Origin: Myxococcota bacterium | Lineage (GTDB): Bacteria > Myxococcota_A > Polyangia > Polyangiales > Sandaracinaceae | Assembly (NCBI GenBank): GCA_036149055.1 | Contig: JAYZQJ010000033.1 | Coordinates: forward strand, 96,001 to 160,000 | DNA length: 64,000 nucleotides | Direction of reading: 5' to 3' | Part shown: positions 45,735-55,203 of the stretch, piece by piece | How positions within the stretch are numbered: the first letter of the stretch is position 1 | Layout: every line of letters starts with the position of its first letter | Made by a program: the position numbers and the translations under genes | Notes under the pieces: model-generated | The model's input: the letters and a program-made list of their open reading frames with translations, nothing else | Database searches by the model: none | Told to the model about the DNA's origin: nothing

Positions 45735-47072
45735 TCAGCCGCTCCACCCGCACGTGCGCTGCGCCGCCTCGAGCTGCGCCCGCATCGCCGCCCAGTCGTC
45801 GTGGATGCCCTGCGCGTCCGGCTCCTCCATCGCGAGCAGATCGCGCGCGTGGGTGCGCGGATCGCGAGAGAAGCTCCGCGCCCAGGAGGCCATGTCCATC
45901 TCCAGCTCCGAGAGATCTGCGCCGAGGTCGCCGGCCTCCTCGTCGTAGAAGCCGTCCATGTCGTCGCGCTCTCGCTCCACCGCGACGAGCTTGGCCGCGC
46001 GGTTCAGCCGGATGCGAGCGTGCGCCTGCGCCCACCGACACCGCGCCTCGTCGTCGCCCTGGTGGGCCACCGCCGCCGTCATCGCGTCGTGCAGCAGCGC
46101 GAGGTCCTGCGCGTGGGCGGGCCAGACCGAGCCGTCCGGACGTGCGTCGGCCGAGGTCGCGATCGCGCGCCGCACCCGGTCGCCCATCGCGGCGTCCACG
46201 GGAGCGACGAGATCGCGCAGCTGCCCGAGGAGCTCGCGGCGCCGCAGGCGGAACTCCGAGACCTCGTCGGGCATCATGCCCGGATCGCCGAAGCTGTAGT
46301 GGGAGCTCATCTGGTCGCGCTCCCAGGCGATCCACGCGTCGGTGATCCGATGGGTGCGCACCCGGAGCTGGGCCGCGAAGTCATCGGGCGGCGCACCCTC
46401 CGCCGAGGGAGCCGGCAGGGCGCCGACCGCGTAGGCCGGGAAGCGCCCCTCGCCCGCGCCGGGAGCCCGCCCCATCACGCGCAGCTCGGAGATGCAGACC
46501 TCCCGCCAGTCGTCTCGCTCGCCCGGCCGCGTCTCGAGCACCTCGACGCGCCATGCTCCGCCGCCCCCCTCCACCGGGATCGACTGCAGCGCGCGCGACT
46601 CGGTGTCGAGCGCGTGGGTCGTGAGCTCCTCGCCCTGCCTCGAGATCCGCACCCGCGCGACGCGGTGGTTGCCGGTGAACAGGTCGCGGTCCTCGGTCTG
46701 CTTCGTGAAGCCGGCGGTGAGCGCGATCGCGGTCACGGTCGCGTCGTCCGGCACGCGCACCTCGATCCACGCCCCGACCAGGTCGCCGCTCCGCGAGTTC
46801 CACGCGGTCTCGAGGTCGCCGTCGAAGAGGTGCGCGACCTGACTCTCCCGGTCCCGGTAGGCCGAGGACGTCGCCACCTGGGTGCCGACCGCCGAGAGGA
46901 GATCCACCGGCGCCGCGAGCGCCTCGGTCGCCTCGCTCGGCGCGGGCGACTCCACCGGCGCCGCGATCTCTTCGGCGGGCGGCGGGCGCTCGGGCGTGGC
47001 CGGAGGGGCGGGCTCCTCGGCGCTGCCGCATCCGGCCAGGCCGAGGATCAGGAGGAGGACGAGTCGGGTCAT
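45735..47072 (-). CDS. Lipoprotein with discoidin/F5-8C-like domain and helical C-terminus
   Basis: Lipobox LAGC; HLFDGDLETAWNS, GAWIEV, VCISEL. Confidence 0.7.
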   Translation of the reverse strand: MTRLVLLLILGLAGCGSAEEPAPPATPERPPPAEEIAAPVESPAPSEATEALAAPVDLLSAVGTQVATSSAYRDRESQVAHLFDGDLETAWNSRSGDLVGAWIEVRVPDDATVTAIALTAGFTKQTEDRDLFTGNHRVARVRISRQGEELTTHALDTESRALQSIPVEGGGGAWRVEVLETRPGERDDWREVCISELRVMGRAPGAGEGRFPAYAVGALPAPSAEGAPPDDFAAQLRVRTHRITDAWIAWERDQMSSHYSFGDPGMMPDEVSEFRLRRRELLGQLRDLVAPVDAAMGDRVRRAIATSADARPDGSVWPAHAQDLALLHDAMTAAVAHQGDDEARCRWAQAHARIRLNRAAKLVAVERERDDMDGFYDEEAGDLGADLSELEMDMASWARSFSRDPRTHARDLLAMEEPDAQGIHDDWAAMRAQLEAAQRTCGWSG

Positions 47073-47101
47073 GGAGACCCGAGAATACCCGGGTTCCCGC
47101 G

Positions 47102-47749
47102 TCAGCTCGCCCGCACCGCCCGGACGAGCGCGTCGAGCTTCACAGGGTCGAGGACGAAGTCGGTGCGCACGCCGGAGCAGACGTCCACTCCGAACGGGCG
47201 GACGCGGGCGAGGGCCGCGGCGACGTTGTCCGGGCGCAGGCCGCCAGCGAGGAACACCGGGCGGGGAGACGCCGCCACGATGCGCGCGCTCACCTCCCAG
47301 TCGTGCGCCCTCCCGGTGCCGCCGAGCACGTCGGCGTCGGGCGAGCCGCTGTCGAGCAGGAAGGCGTCGGCGTGCGGCGCGTAGCGCTCGACGAGCCCCT
47401 CGGAGGCGGGGCCCTCGACGTGGATCACCTGCACCCGCTTCACGTGGGGCGCGCGGCGCGCGAGGGCCTCGTGCACCGCGACGTCGACGTGCCGCACGAG
47501 CTGTACGGCGGTCGGCCCGACGTCGAGCACGTGCGCCACCACGTCGTCGGGCGCCTCGCGCGAGGTCAGCAAGAACGTGGCGACCGGAGGCGGCGTCGCC
47601 CGGGCGATCTCCGCCGCCGTCTTGTCGTCGATCACGCCCGGCCCGCTCGGCATCGCGCCGACGAGCCCGAGCGCGTCGACCCCCGCGGCCACCGCGAGAC
47701 GCGCCTCCTCGACCGAAGCGATACAGCAGATCTTGATCCGCGCGCGCAT
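47102..47749 (-). CDS. trpF: Phosphoribosylanthranilate isomerase (stand-alone)
   Basis: RIKICCI, FLLDSG, GGTGRAHDW, FLAGGLRPDNV, GVDVCSGV. Confidence 0.85.
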   Translation of the reverse strand: MRARIKICCIASVEEARLAVAAGVDALGLVGAMPSGPGVIDDKTAAEIARATPPPVATFLLTSREAPDDVVAHVLDVGPTAVQLVRHVDVAVHEALARRAPHVKRVQVIHVEGPASEGLVERYAPHADAFLLDSGSPDADVLGGTGRAHDWEVSARIVAASPRPVFLAGGLRPDNVAAALARVRPFGVDVCSGVRTDFVLDPVKLDALVRAVRAS

Positions 47750-47797
47750 GCAGCCTTCGTTCGCGCCGAGCGTGACAGGCTCGAGCGCGCGACGCCA

Positions 47798-48457
47798 TCA
47801 GTCGGGCCGCGCGGAGAGCCGCTCGCCCAGCGCCTGCGCCGCCGCGTGGGCGCGTGACACCGACCGCCGGTGCCGGTCGTCGTCGAACTCCTGATACTCG
47901 ATGCCGACGTGATGCACCGCGTCGGCCCCCAGATACCCCGACAGCGTCTCGAGGTGCGGCGTGAGGTGGTTCATCCCGGCCCGCACGCCGCCCGGCTCGA
48001 AGCCGAACTCGCCGGCCGCGGTGAAGATCGCGAGCGTCTTTCCTCCGAGCACCGGCCGCAGCGGAAAGTCGCCCCGGGCGCGATCGAAGGTGAAGGTCTC
48101 GCCGATGCGGACGATCTGGTCGACCCACGCCTTCAGCGCGGAGGGCATGCCGTAGTTGTACATGGGCGTGCAGAGGACGAGGAGATCGGCCTCCCGCAGC
48201 TCTTCGATCATGCGATCCGAAGGCTCCAGGAGGCGGCGCTGCCTCGGGGTGCGCTCGGAGACCGGGGTGAAGGCCGCCGTCACCCAGTCGCTCGAGATCG
48301 CGTCGGGCGGCTGCGCTCCCACGTCGCGCGCGGTGAGCACGTCGTGGGGTCGCGCCCTGCGCCAGGCCGACAGGAACCGATCACCCAGCCCTCTCGAGAG
48401 CGAGTGAGTGACGCGCGCGCTCGCGTCGACGCGTAGGATCTTCCGTGTTCTCTGCAT
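47798..48457 (-). CDS. azoR: FMN-dependent NADH-azoreductase / NAD(P)H:quinone oxidoreductase
   Basis: ILRVDASAR..SLSR, PMYNYGMPSALKAWVDQIVRIGETF; AGGAGG RBS. Confidence 0.88.
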   Translation of the reverse strand: MQRTRKILRVDASARVTHSLSRGLGDRFLSAWRRARPHDVLTARDVGAQPPDAISSDWVTAAFTPVSERTPRQRRLLEPSDRMIEELREADLLVLCTPMYNYGMPSALKAWVDQIVRIGETFTFDRARGDFPLRPVLGGKTLAIFTAAGEFGFEPGGVRAGMNHLTPHLETLSGYLGADAVHHVGIEYQEFDDDRHRRSVSRAHAAAQALGERLSARPD

Positions 48458-48533
48458 GACTCCTCCTCGGCGCGATCTCTGGAGCGCGCGCCGGAGGCGG
48501 CGACGGCACAAATCCTCATCCACGGGTTCCCTC

Positions 48534-49397
48534 ATGTTCTCTCGACTGCCCTCCCTCACGGCCCTAAGGACCTTCGAGGCCGCCGCGCGCCACCGCTCCT
48601 TCAAGTCCGCGGCCCAGGAGCTGTCCGTGACGGCGCCGGCCGTCTCCCGTCAGGTGAGAGCGCTGGAGGAGCACTTCGGCGTCGCCCTCTTCGAGCGCGA
48701 GCCACGCGGGGTCGCGCTCACCCGGTCCGGCCGCGAGCTGTTCGAGGCGGCCCACGAGGCGCTCGCGACCCTCCTCGACGCCGCCGAGGCGCTGGACGCC
48801 TACGCCCGGGTCCTCACCGTGAGCGTCACGCCGGCCTTCGGCGCCCTGTGGCTCGCGCCGCGGCTGGTGAGCTTTCGCGAGGCTCACTCGGACATCGAGG
48901 TCGACGTCCACGCGACGACGCGCCCCGTCGGCCTCGCCCGCGAGGGTCGGATCGATCTCGCGGTCCGGTATGGCGCGCGCTCGGGGGACCCGGCGCTGCT
49001 GACCGAGCAGATCGGGGTGTACGGGACGCCCGAGGTCGTCGAGCGCGCCGCGGCGGGCGCCGAGGTGCCGCGTCTGGAGGCGCGCTTCCGGGAGGCGACG
49101 CCAGAGACGCCGAGCTGGGACGCGTGGCTCGACCTCGCGGGTCTCCGAGGGACGGGGCCGCTCGTCTCGTTCGCGGACGAGCACCACGTCGTGCAGGCGG
49201 CGCTGGCCGCGCGCGGACTCGCGCTCGTCAGCGAGGTCCTGGTGGGCGACGCGGTCGCGCGGGGGTGGCTCGTCTCCTTTCACCCCGATGTCCGCCTCGA
49301 GGGCGGCGCCTATCGCCTCGCCTTGCCGGACGAGCGCTCTCCCAAGGTCGAGGTCTTCGCGCGGTGGATCGCAGCGGAGGTCGAGCGCGCTCGATGA
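48534..49397 (+). CDS. LysR family regulator (GcvA-like), divergent from azoR
   Basis: LPSLTALRTFEAAARHRSFKSAAQELSVTAPAVSRQVRALE; IDLAVRYG. Confidence 0.93.
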   Translation: MFSRLPSLTALRTFEAAARHRSFKSAAQELSVTAPAVSRQVRALEEHFGVALFEREPRGVALTRSGRELFEAAHEALATLLDAAEALDAYARVLTVSVTPAFGALWLAPRLVSFREAHSDIEVDVHATTRPVGLAREGRIDLAVRYGARSGDPALLTEQIGVYGTPEVVERAAAGAEVPRLEARFREATPETPSWDAWLDLAGLRGTGPLVSFADEHHVVQAALAARGLALVSEVLVGDAVARGWLVSFHPDVRLEGGAYRLALPDERSPKVEVFARWIAAEVERAR

Positions 49398-50341
49398 CTC
49401 GCGACCACCGCGCGGGCGACGTCGGCGATGCGCGCCTCGCGGTCGGCGGGCGCGGCGGTCGTGCCGGCGATGAAGACGGCCACCGCCCAGCGCTGACCGT
49501 CGGGCGCGCGGATCACGCCGACGTCGTTCGTGCCGAGGCCGACGCCGCGGAGATCGGGGCCGGTGCCGGTCTTGTGCGCGACCGACCAGCCCTCGGGCAG
49601 GCCGCCCCGGAGGCGCGCGGCCCCCGTCTCGGTCTCGGTCAGGTGCCGAATGAGACGCTCGGTCGACGCGGGGTCGAGCAGCTCGCCGCGGGCCAGGCGC
49701 GCGAGCCCGCGGGCGGCGCCGAGCGCGGTGGCGCCGTTCGGATCGCGCGCGAGGGCGGCGCGCAGGTGAGCGCGCGCCTCCGCCTCCCCCATCGAATCGG
49801 TCTCGCCGCGGAGACGGTCGGCCATCGCGTGCAGCCCCTCCTCGCCGGTCGTGATCCGCACCCCCTCGATGCCCCGCCGACGCAGCGCCGCCTCGACCGC
49901 GTCGGTGCCTCCGAGCGCGCGGAGGATGGCGTCGGCGGAGGGGTTGTCGCTCACGAGCAGGATCCAGCCTACGAGCTCGGCGAGGGTGAACGCCCTCCCC
50001 TCGCCCACCTCGTCGGCGATCGGCTGGTACGGGAAGGTCAGCTGCTCCGGCTCGATCCGGACCTCGGTGTCCCACGAGACCTCGCCTCGCTCCACCGCGT
50101 CGGCCACCGCGACCGCGAGCCAGAGCTTGAAGGTGCTCTGCTGCGGCATCGGCGTCTCCCCGTTCACGTGGACCTCGGCGCCGGTGGCGAGATCCACGAT
50201 CGCGATGGCGACCTCCCCGTCGATCGAGGCGGCGACCCGGGCGAGCTCGGCGCGGAGCTCCGGACGGGCGGCGCTCGGACGGGCGGCGCCCGCGCAGCCG
50301 ACGAACGCGCAGGCCACGATGGAGGCGGTGAGGGTTCGCAT
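49310..50341 (-). CDS. Class A serine beta-lactamase (lipoprotein)
   Basis: SxxK (QSTFK), SDN, HKTGTG, NDVG; signal ending FVGC. Confidence 0.88.
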   Translation of the reverse strand: MRTLTASIVACAFVGCAGAARPSAARPELRAELARVAASIDGEVAIAIVDLATGAEVHVNGETPMPQQSTFKLWLAVAVADAVERGEVSWDTEVRIEPEQLTFPYQPIADEVGEGRAFTLAELVGWILLVSDNPSADAILRALGGTDAVEAALRRRGIEGVRITTGEEGLHAMADRLRGETDSMGEAEARAHLRAALARDPNGATALGAARGLARLARGELLDPASTERLIRHLTETETGAARLRGGLPEGWSVAHKTGTGPDLRGVGLGTNDVGVIRAPDGQRWAVAVFIAGTTAAPADREARIADVARAVVASHRARSTSAAIHRAKTSTLGERSSGKARR

Positions 50342-50384
50342 GGGCGTTCGGACGTCGGAGTGGGCGAATCGCATTCCCGGCAAC

Positions 50385-51635
50385 TCACCCACGACGCCGC
50401 AGAGGGTGCTCGGTCACCTCCGGGTGCACACCCGCGACGTCGTGGGTCCGCGCCCAGCGTCCGTAGACGCGCGCACCCGGGAGCGCGGAGAGCCCATGCA
50501 CGAGCACGCTCGCCCCCGCCGCGCAGAACGCGACGCGCTCGAGGAGCTGCGCGTGCGGCACGGTCGAGTCGGCGATGACGATCAGCCCGAAGAGCACGGT
50601 GGCCAGCCCGCGCGGCCCGAACCAGCCCAAGAAGACCACCGTGGGGGCGCGGGCGCCGCTCCCGAGCAAGGAGAGCGCGACCGGGAGCATCCGGACCACG
50701 GTCAGCGCGAGCGCCACGACGATCCAAACCCGCAGGTCCGCCTCGCGAACGGCCGGCCAGAGCAGGCTCGAGCCGAACATGAGGAAGACGAGCACCATCA
50801 TCAGCTCCCCCTCGGCCTCCAGGAAGGTGTGCACGTGGTGGATGCGCGCTCGGGCCACCGCGCCGATGCTGGCGCCCGCGACGAACGCGGCGATGAAGCC
50901 GTTGCCTCCGATCGCCTCCGCCAGGGCCCAGGCGGTGAGGGCGAGGGAGAGGCCGGCGACCCGCTCCATGCTCGGCGACACCGTCCCGGCGGCGTGGGCG
51001 CGGGTGAGCAGGCGTCCACCGAGCCACCCGGTCGCCACGCCGACGAGCGGACCCAGCCCGAGTTGCGCGAGCACGAACGTGAGCCAGGCGTCTGCGCCAC
51101 GCTCGTCCGCCCCCGCAAGCCCGGCGAAGATCGCGACCGCGGGCAGCGCGATTCCATCGTTCAGCCCGCTCTCGACGTTGAGCGTCTGACGGATCCGTTG
51201 CGGCACGCGCGGGCTCGCGAGCACGGCCTGGCCCAGCGCGGCGTCGGTGGGGGCGAGGAGCGCGCCGAGAGTCGCCGCCTCGAGCCAGCCCAGCTCGGGG
51301 AGCAGCAGCTTCGCGGCGCCCGCCCCGAGCCCCACCCCCAGCGGCATCGCCACCGCCAGCAAGCGCACCGGCAGGCCCGCCTCCGCCCGAAGCGCGCCGA
51401 GATCGATGCGGGACGCGTCGGCGAAGAGAACGAGGGCGAGGGTGAGCTCGGCGAGGAGGCGCACCGGCTCGTGACTCGCGTCGAGGGTGAGAACGCCCAG
51501 GCTCTGCGGCCCCAGGACGAGGCCGGCGGCGACGAACACCATCGGACCCGTGACCCAGAAGCGGTCGAGGCGACGGGAGACGAGCGCGTAGAGTGCGACG
51601 GTGGTAGCCACCACCAGGGTGGTCTCGGCGAGCAC
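50385..51635 (-). CDS. Cation:proton antiporter (CPA1/NhaP-like)
   Basis: LAPTDAALG, NVESGLNDG, GWFGPRGLAT; many TM helices. Confidence 0.92.
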   Translation of the reverse strand: MLAETTLVVATTVALYALVSRRLDRFWVTGPMVFVAAGLVLGPQSLGVLTLDASHEPVRLLAELTLALVLFADASRIDLGALRAEAGLPVRLLAVAMPLGVGLGAGAAKLLLPELGWLEAATLGALLAPTDAALGQAVLASPRVPQRIRQTLNVESGLNDGIALPAVAIFAGLAGADERGADAWLTFVLAQLGLGPLVGVATGWLGGRLLTRAHAAGTVSPSMERVAGLSLALTAWALAEAIGGNGFIAAFVAGASIGAVARARIHHVHTFLEAEGELMMVLVFLMFGSSLLWPAVREADLRVWIVVALALTVVRMLPVALSLLGSGARAPTVVFLGWFGPRGLATVLFGLIVIADSTVPHAQLLERVAFCAAGASVLVHGLSALPGARVYGRWARTHDVAGVHPEVTEHPLRRRG

Positions 51636-51674
51636 GACCCGTCAGCTAGCCACGACGACCGTCGACGCGAACCG

Positions 51675-52049
51675 ATGCTCGGCCGATATCAGATGAAGCG
51701 AGGCGTCCCTCGCGCGGCGCTCCCGAAGGGAGAGCGGCAGGACGCGCGCAAGCACACCCGGCACGTGCTGCGCCCCGGCGCGGAGGAGGTGGCGGCGTAC
51801 CTCTCCGGACGGATCGACTGGGACGCGTTCGCGGACGCCTACCGCGCGCAGATCGCGGAGCGGTTCGAGACCGAGCGAGATCGGTTCGACGCGCTCGCGG
51901 CCCGGGCCCGCGAGGCCGACGTCTGGCTCGGCTGCTCGTGCCCCACCCAGCAGAACCCCGACGTGCGCCGCTGCCACACCTGGCTCGCCCTCGAGGAGAT
52001 GGCGCGACGCTACCCCGACCTCGAGATCCGGTTCCCCGACGCGCCCTGA
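51675..52049 (+). CDS. Small DUF488-like protein
   Basis: LRP...WDAFADAY...LGCSC...RCH pattern resembling DUF488-family proteins. Confidence 0.6.
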   Translation: MLGRYQMKRGVPRAALPKGERQDARKHTRHVLRPGAEEVAAYLSGRIDWDAFADAYRAQIAERFETERDRFDALAARAREADVWLGCSCPTQQNPDVRRCHTWLALEEMARRYPDLEIRFPDAP

Positions 52050-52063
52050 CGAGCGATGGGAGG

Positions 52064-54028
52064 ATGGCGGCGATGAGGAGGAGCCTGGCGCTCGCGTGGG
52101 TCGTCGCCCTGTCGAGCTGCGCCGCGCTGACCGCCGAGGCGCAGACCGTGCACGTGATCGGCCCCGGGCGGGAGGGCGAGGTCGTCGGGCTCTTCGCTCC
52201 CCACGCGCTCGGCGACGAGGTGCGGGACGGCTATCGGCTTCGCGGGGTGGCGATCGACCGCGGCGTCGTGCGCGCGACCCTCGGCCGAGGCGAGCGCACG
52301 GCGACCGTCGAGCTGCACCACCCCGAAGCCGCGCCGGACGACGCGCCGCGCTCGGCCAGCTTCGCCTTCGTGGTGGAGGCCCCCGAAGAGGCTCGAGCTG
52401 CCGCCCGAGCGCTGGTCGACGCGGTGCGCGCCAACGACGACGGCTCGTTCTGGCGAGACGTGGGGACCACGGCGGAGGCGAGGTCGTTCTTCACCTGGGG
52501 GACGCCGACCTGGGTCAGCTTCGTCGACGGGCTCGGATTGCTCGCGCTGGTGCTCGGGCTCGGCCTGCTGCTCTCGGCGCGGCTCCTCGCCGACGCGCCG
52601 CGCTGGATGATCGGCGCGCTGGCGCTGGTCGTCGCCGCCGGGCTCGGTCTCCGGCTCGCCTACGCGCCGGAGACCTTCCTGGGCGCCTGGCCGTGGACGC
52701 GGACCTACCCCCACACCCTCGAGGTGGCGCGGGGCGGGTGGCTCGCGGCGCTCTCCGGCGGGACCTGGTTCGAGACCGACGTGACGGCGTGGACGAACCT
52801 CGCCTACGCCGCGGCGACCCCGCTGATCCTGTTCGCGCACGCGACCTATCTGCTCCGCGATCCCCGCGCCGGCCTCGCCGCCGCGGCGGCGCTCGCGCTC
52901 ACCCCGCAACACATCCGCTACTCGCGGTGCGAGGACGGCTTCGTCGCGTCGCTCGCCCTGACCTCGCTCGCCTTCGCCATATTGCACGCTTTCTTGCGGG
53001 ATCGATCCCGCCTCGTGCGCGTGCTCTCGCTGCTCGCGCTCCCCGTCGTCCTCTACCCGGGCTACCTGCTGCGGCCCCTCAACCTCGCCTTCGCCCTCGT
53101 CTACGCCGGCGCGCTGCTGGGCCTGCACGGCGACGAAGCGACGGGCAGGCGCCGCGCCGTCGGCCTCGCGGTGGCGCTCGGGGTCGCGGCCGCGGCCGCG
53201 GCCGTCTTCCTCGAGCAGAGCGGCGCCCGCGCCTCGACGCTCGTCGGCCCCGAGGTCCTCCTCCGAGCCGCCGAGGTGCTCGCGCGCCCCTCGCTGCTCG
53301 TGCTCAGTGATCCCACCCGCACGCCGCCCGCGCTGATCCTCGCGGCGATCGTCGGCGGCGCCCTGGCGTGGCGCGCGGGCGAGCGTCGGCTGGTCGCCTT
53401 CCTCGTGCTCTGGCTGCTGCTCTTCGTCGTCCTCCACGCGGTCGTCGTCCAGGAGACCATGCAGCCCCGCTACCACCTGCACCTGCTGGTGCCATTCCTC
53501 TTGCTCGGCGCGCTGGCGGTGCGGCACGCCGCCTGGGACGACCGACGGGTCCGGTGGGGCGCGGCCGGCCTCGCCGCCTCGATGGCGCTGGCCCCGTGGA
53601 TCCACCGCGGGTTCATCGAGGACGTCGACTACGCCGAGCAGCACGAGCACGCCTTCGTGCGCGCCGCCCGCGATCGGGTGCCGGAGGGCTGCACGGTGCT
53701 CGAGGTGGTCGACGACGACCCCGACGCCGAGGTCGTCTCCTCCCGCTTCGCGCGGATCGGCGCCTACGCCGCGCCCCGCCCCCGGAGGCGCTTCGAGGTC
53801 GTCCCCCTGACCGCGTCGAGCGCGCCGCCCTCGAACGACGCGAGCTGCGTCTACCTCTACGAAGGCCTCGCCTGCGCCACCGCCGCCGACATGCACGCGT
53901 GCGGCGCCCTCCGAGATCGCCTCGGCGCGGTGATCGAGCACGAGCGCCGCGGCCCCGCCCGCCTCTACGACGAAGCCAACGGCCCCCTGCGCGCCCCCGT
54001 CGTCTTCCGCCTCTCGCGCGTCCGCTGA
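52064..54028 (+). CDS. Polytopic membrane protein, possible GT-C (ArnT/PMT-like) glycosyltransferase
   Basis: Signal peptide, soluble N-domain, about 10 TM helices, SRCEDGF and QPRYHL motifs, Cys-containing C-domain. Confidence 0.6.
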   Translation: MAAMRRSLALAWVVALSSCAALTAEAQTVHVIGPGREGEVVGLFAPHALGDEVRDGYRLRGVAIDRGVVRATLGRGERTATVELHHPEAAPDDAPRSASFAFVVEAPEEARAAARALVDAVRANDDGSFWRDVGTTAEARSFFTWGTPTWVSFVDGLGLLALVLGLGLLLSARLLADAPRWMIGALALVVAAGLGLRLAYAPETFLGAWPWTRTYPHTLEVARGGWLAALSGGTWFETDVTAWTNLAYAAATPLILFAHATYLLRDPRAGLAAAAALALTPQHIRYSRCEDGFVASLALTSLAFAILHAFLRDRSRLVRVLSLLALPVVLYPGYLLRPLNLAFALVYAGALLGLHGDEATGRRRAVGLAVALGVAAAAAAVFLEQSGARASTLVGPEVLLRAAEVLARPSLLVLSDPTRTPPALILAAIVGGALAWRAGERRLVAFLVLWLLLFVVLHAVVVQETMQPRYHLHLLVPFLLLGALAVRHAAWDDRRVRWGAAGLAASMALAPWIHRGFIEDVDYAEQHEHAFVRAARDRVPEGCTVLEVVDDDPDAEVVSSRFARIGAYAAPRPRRRFEVVPLTASSAPPSNDASCVYLYEGLACATAADMHACGALRDRLGAVIEHERRGPARLYDEANGPLRAPVVFRLSRVR

Positions 54029-54160
54029 CGCATCCTCTCGGTGCCCCCTCGGCGCCGGCGGCCGCCACCCCTCCGCCCGCCACCTCCGCCGATACGCCGC
54101 CGCAACCCCGCGAGATCACATGAGCGCCGTATCGGATCGAGGCTTGCAGTCTGCCGGGAC

Positions 54161-55141
54161 ATGTCCGGAGACCCACTCCACCCATCGCCGCACGACGCGC
54201 TCTTCAAGCGGGTGTTCGGTGAGCTCGAGCGCGGCGGCGCGATGCTGCGGGCCGCCCTGCCAGCCGAGCTCGCGCGCTCCATCCGCTGGGAGAGTCTCCG
54301 GCTCCTGCCCGGCGAGACCGTCGGCGCCGAGCTCAGAGGGCTCGCGAGCGATCTCGTCTTCGCGGCGAAGCTCGGCGACCGCGAGGCGCTGGTCTACGTG
54401 CTGATCGAGCACCAGAGCACGCCGGATCCGCGCATGCCGTTCCGGATCCTCGAGTACGTGACGCGGCTCTGGGAGCGACACAGTCAGCCGGTCGAGGGGC
54501 GCCTGGCGCTGCCGCTGGTCGTGCCCCTCGTCGTCTACCACGGCCCGCGACCGTGGCGGGTTCCGCTCGAGCTGGGCGAGACCGTCGCGCTGGACGACAC
54601 GCTCGAGCTCGGCGAGCTCGTCCCGCGATTACGCTACCTGCTCGACGATCTCTCACGTCTCGACGCCGCGGCGCTTCGCGCCCGGGGCTTGCCCGCGTTC
54701 GGCACGCTCGCCCTCTGGGCGCTCAGGAGCGCGTTCGATCGCGGCTTCATGGACACCGCGTCGGAGCTGGCCGGGCTGGTGGACGAGCTCCTCGACGCGG
54801 ACACCGGCCACGAGGCGATGGCGAGCGTGCTGAGCTATCTTTCCTACATCAGCCGCTCCGGAGAGGACCTGGTGGCACGGTTCAGGAGTCACCTGAGCGC
54901 GCGAGCGCAGGAGGAAGTCATGGAGCTCGAGGAGATGCTGGCCATCAAGAAGCGAGAGGAAGGACGCGCGGAAGGACGCGCGGAAGGGCGCGCGGAGATC
55001 CTCGTGAAGCAGCTCCGCCTGAAGTTCGGCGAGCCCAGCTCCGCGACCGTGCAACGCGTCCGCGACGGGTCCGAGGCGGACCTGGACCGCTGGGCCGAGC
55101 GGGTGCTCACCGCGACTCGGCTCGCGGAAGTCTTCGACTGA
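54161..55141 (+). CDS. Rpn family (YhgA-like) PD-(D/E)XK nuclease / putative transposase
   Basis: PHDALFKRVF, SDLVF, VYVLIEHQSTPD..MPFRIL.Y, VPLVVYHG; EGRAEGRAEGRAE repeats; DUF4351-like end. Confidence 0.92.
   Translation: MSGDPLHPSPHDALFKRVFGELERGGAMLRAALPAELARSIRWESLRLLPGETVGAELRGLASDLVFAAKLGDREALVYVLIEHQSTPDPRMPFRILEYVTRLWERHSQPVEGRLALPLVVPLVVYHGPRPWRVPLELGETVALDDTLELGELVPRLRYLLDDLSRLDAAALRARGLPAFGTLALWALRSAFDRGFMDTASELAGLVDELLDADTGHEAMASVLSYLSYISRSGEDLVARFRSHLSARAQEEVMELEEMLAIKKREEGRAEGRAEGRAEILVKQLRLKFGEPSSATVQRVRDGSEADLDRWAERVLTATRLAEVFD
54920..55141 (+). CDS. Putative nested in-frame small Rpn product (73 aa, antitoxin candidate)
   Basis: AGGAGG (54909-54914), 5 nt, then an in-frame ATG at 54920, just before the EGRA repeats. 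Confidence 0.6.
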   Translation: MELEEMLAIKKREEGRAEGRAEGRAEILVKQLRLKFGEPSSATVQRVRDGSEADLDRWAERVLTATRLAEVFD

Positions 55142-55167
55142 CGAGCCCCTCGTGACGGAAAGCGAAA

Positions 55168-55194
55168 GCCCCCGGAACCTGAGGCTCCGGGGGC
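55168..55194 (-). terminator. Intrinsic terminator of the tRNA cluster (possibly bidirectional)
   Basis: GCCCCCGGA-N9-TCCGGGGGC stem, followed on the minus strand by TTTCGCTTT. Confidence 0.75.
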
Positions 55195-55203
55195 GTTCGT
55201 TCG

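Noticed and set aside
48534..50341. AmpR-beta-lactamase regulatory pair
   Set aside because: The genes are convergent, not divergent; the LysR shares its promoter region with azoR.
54161..55141. Rpn gene as an IS element
   Set aside because: No terminal inverted repeats or target-site duplication seen; the family is not shown to be a true transposase.
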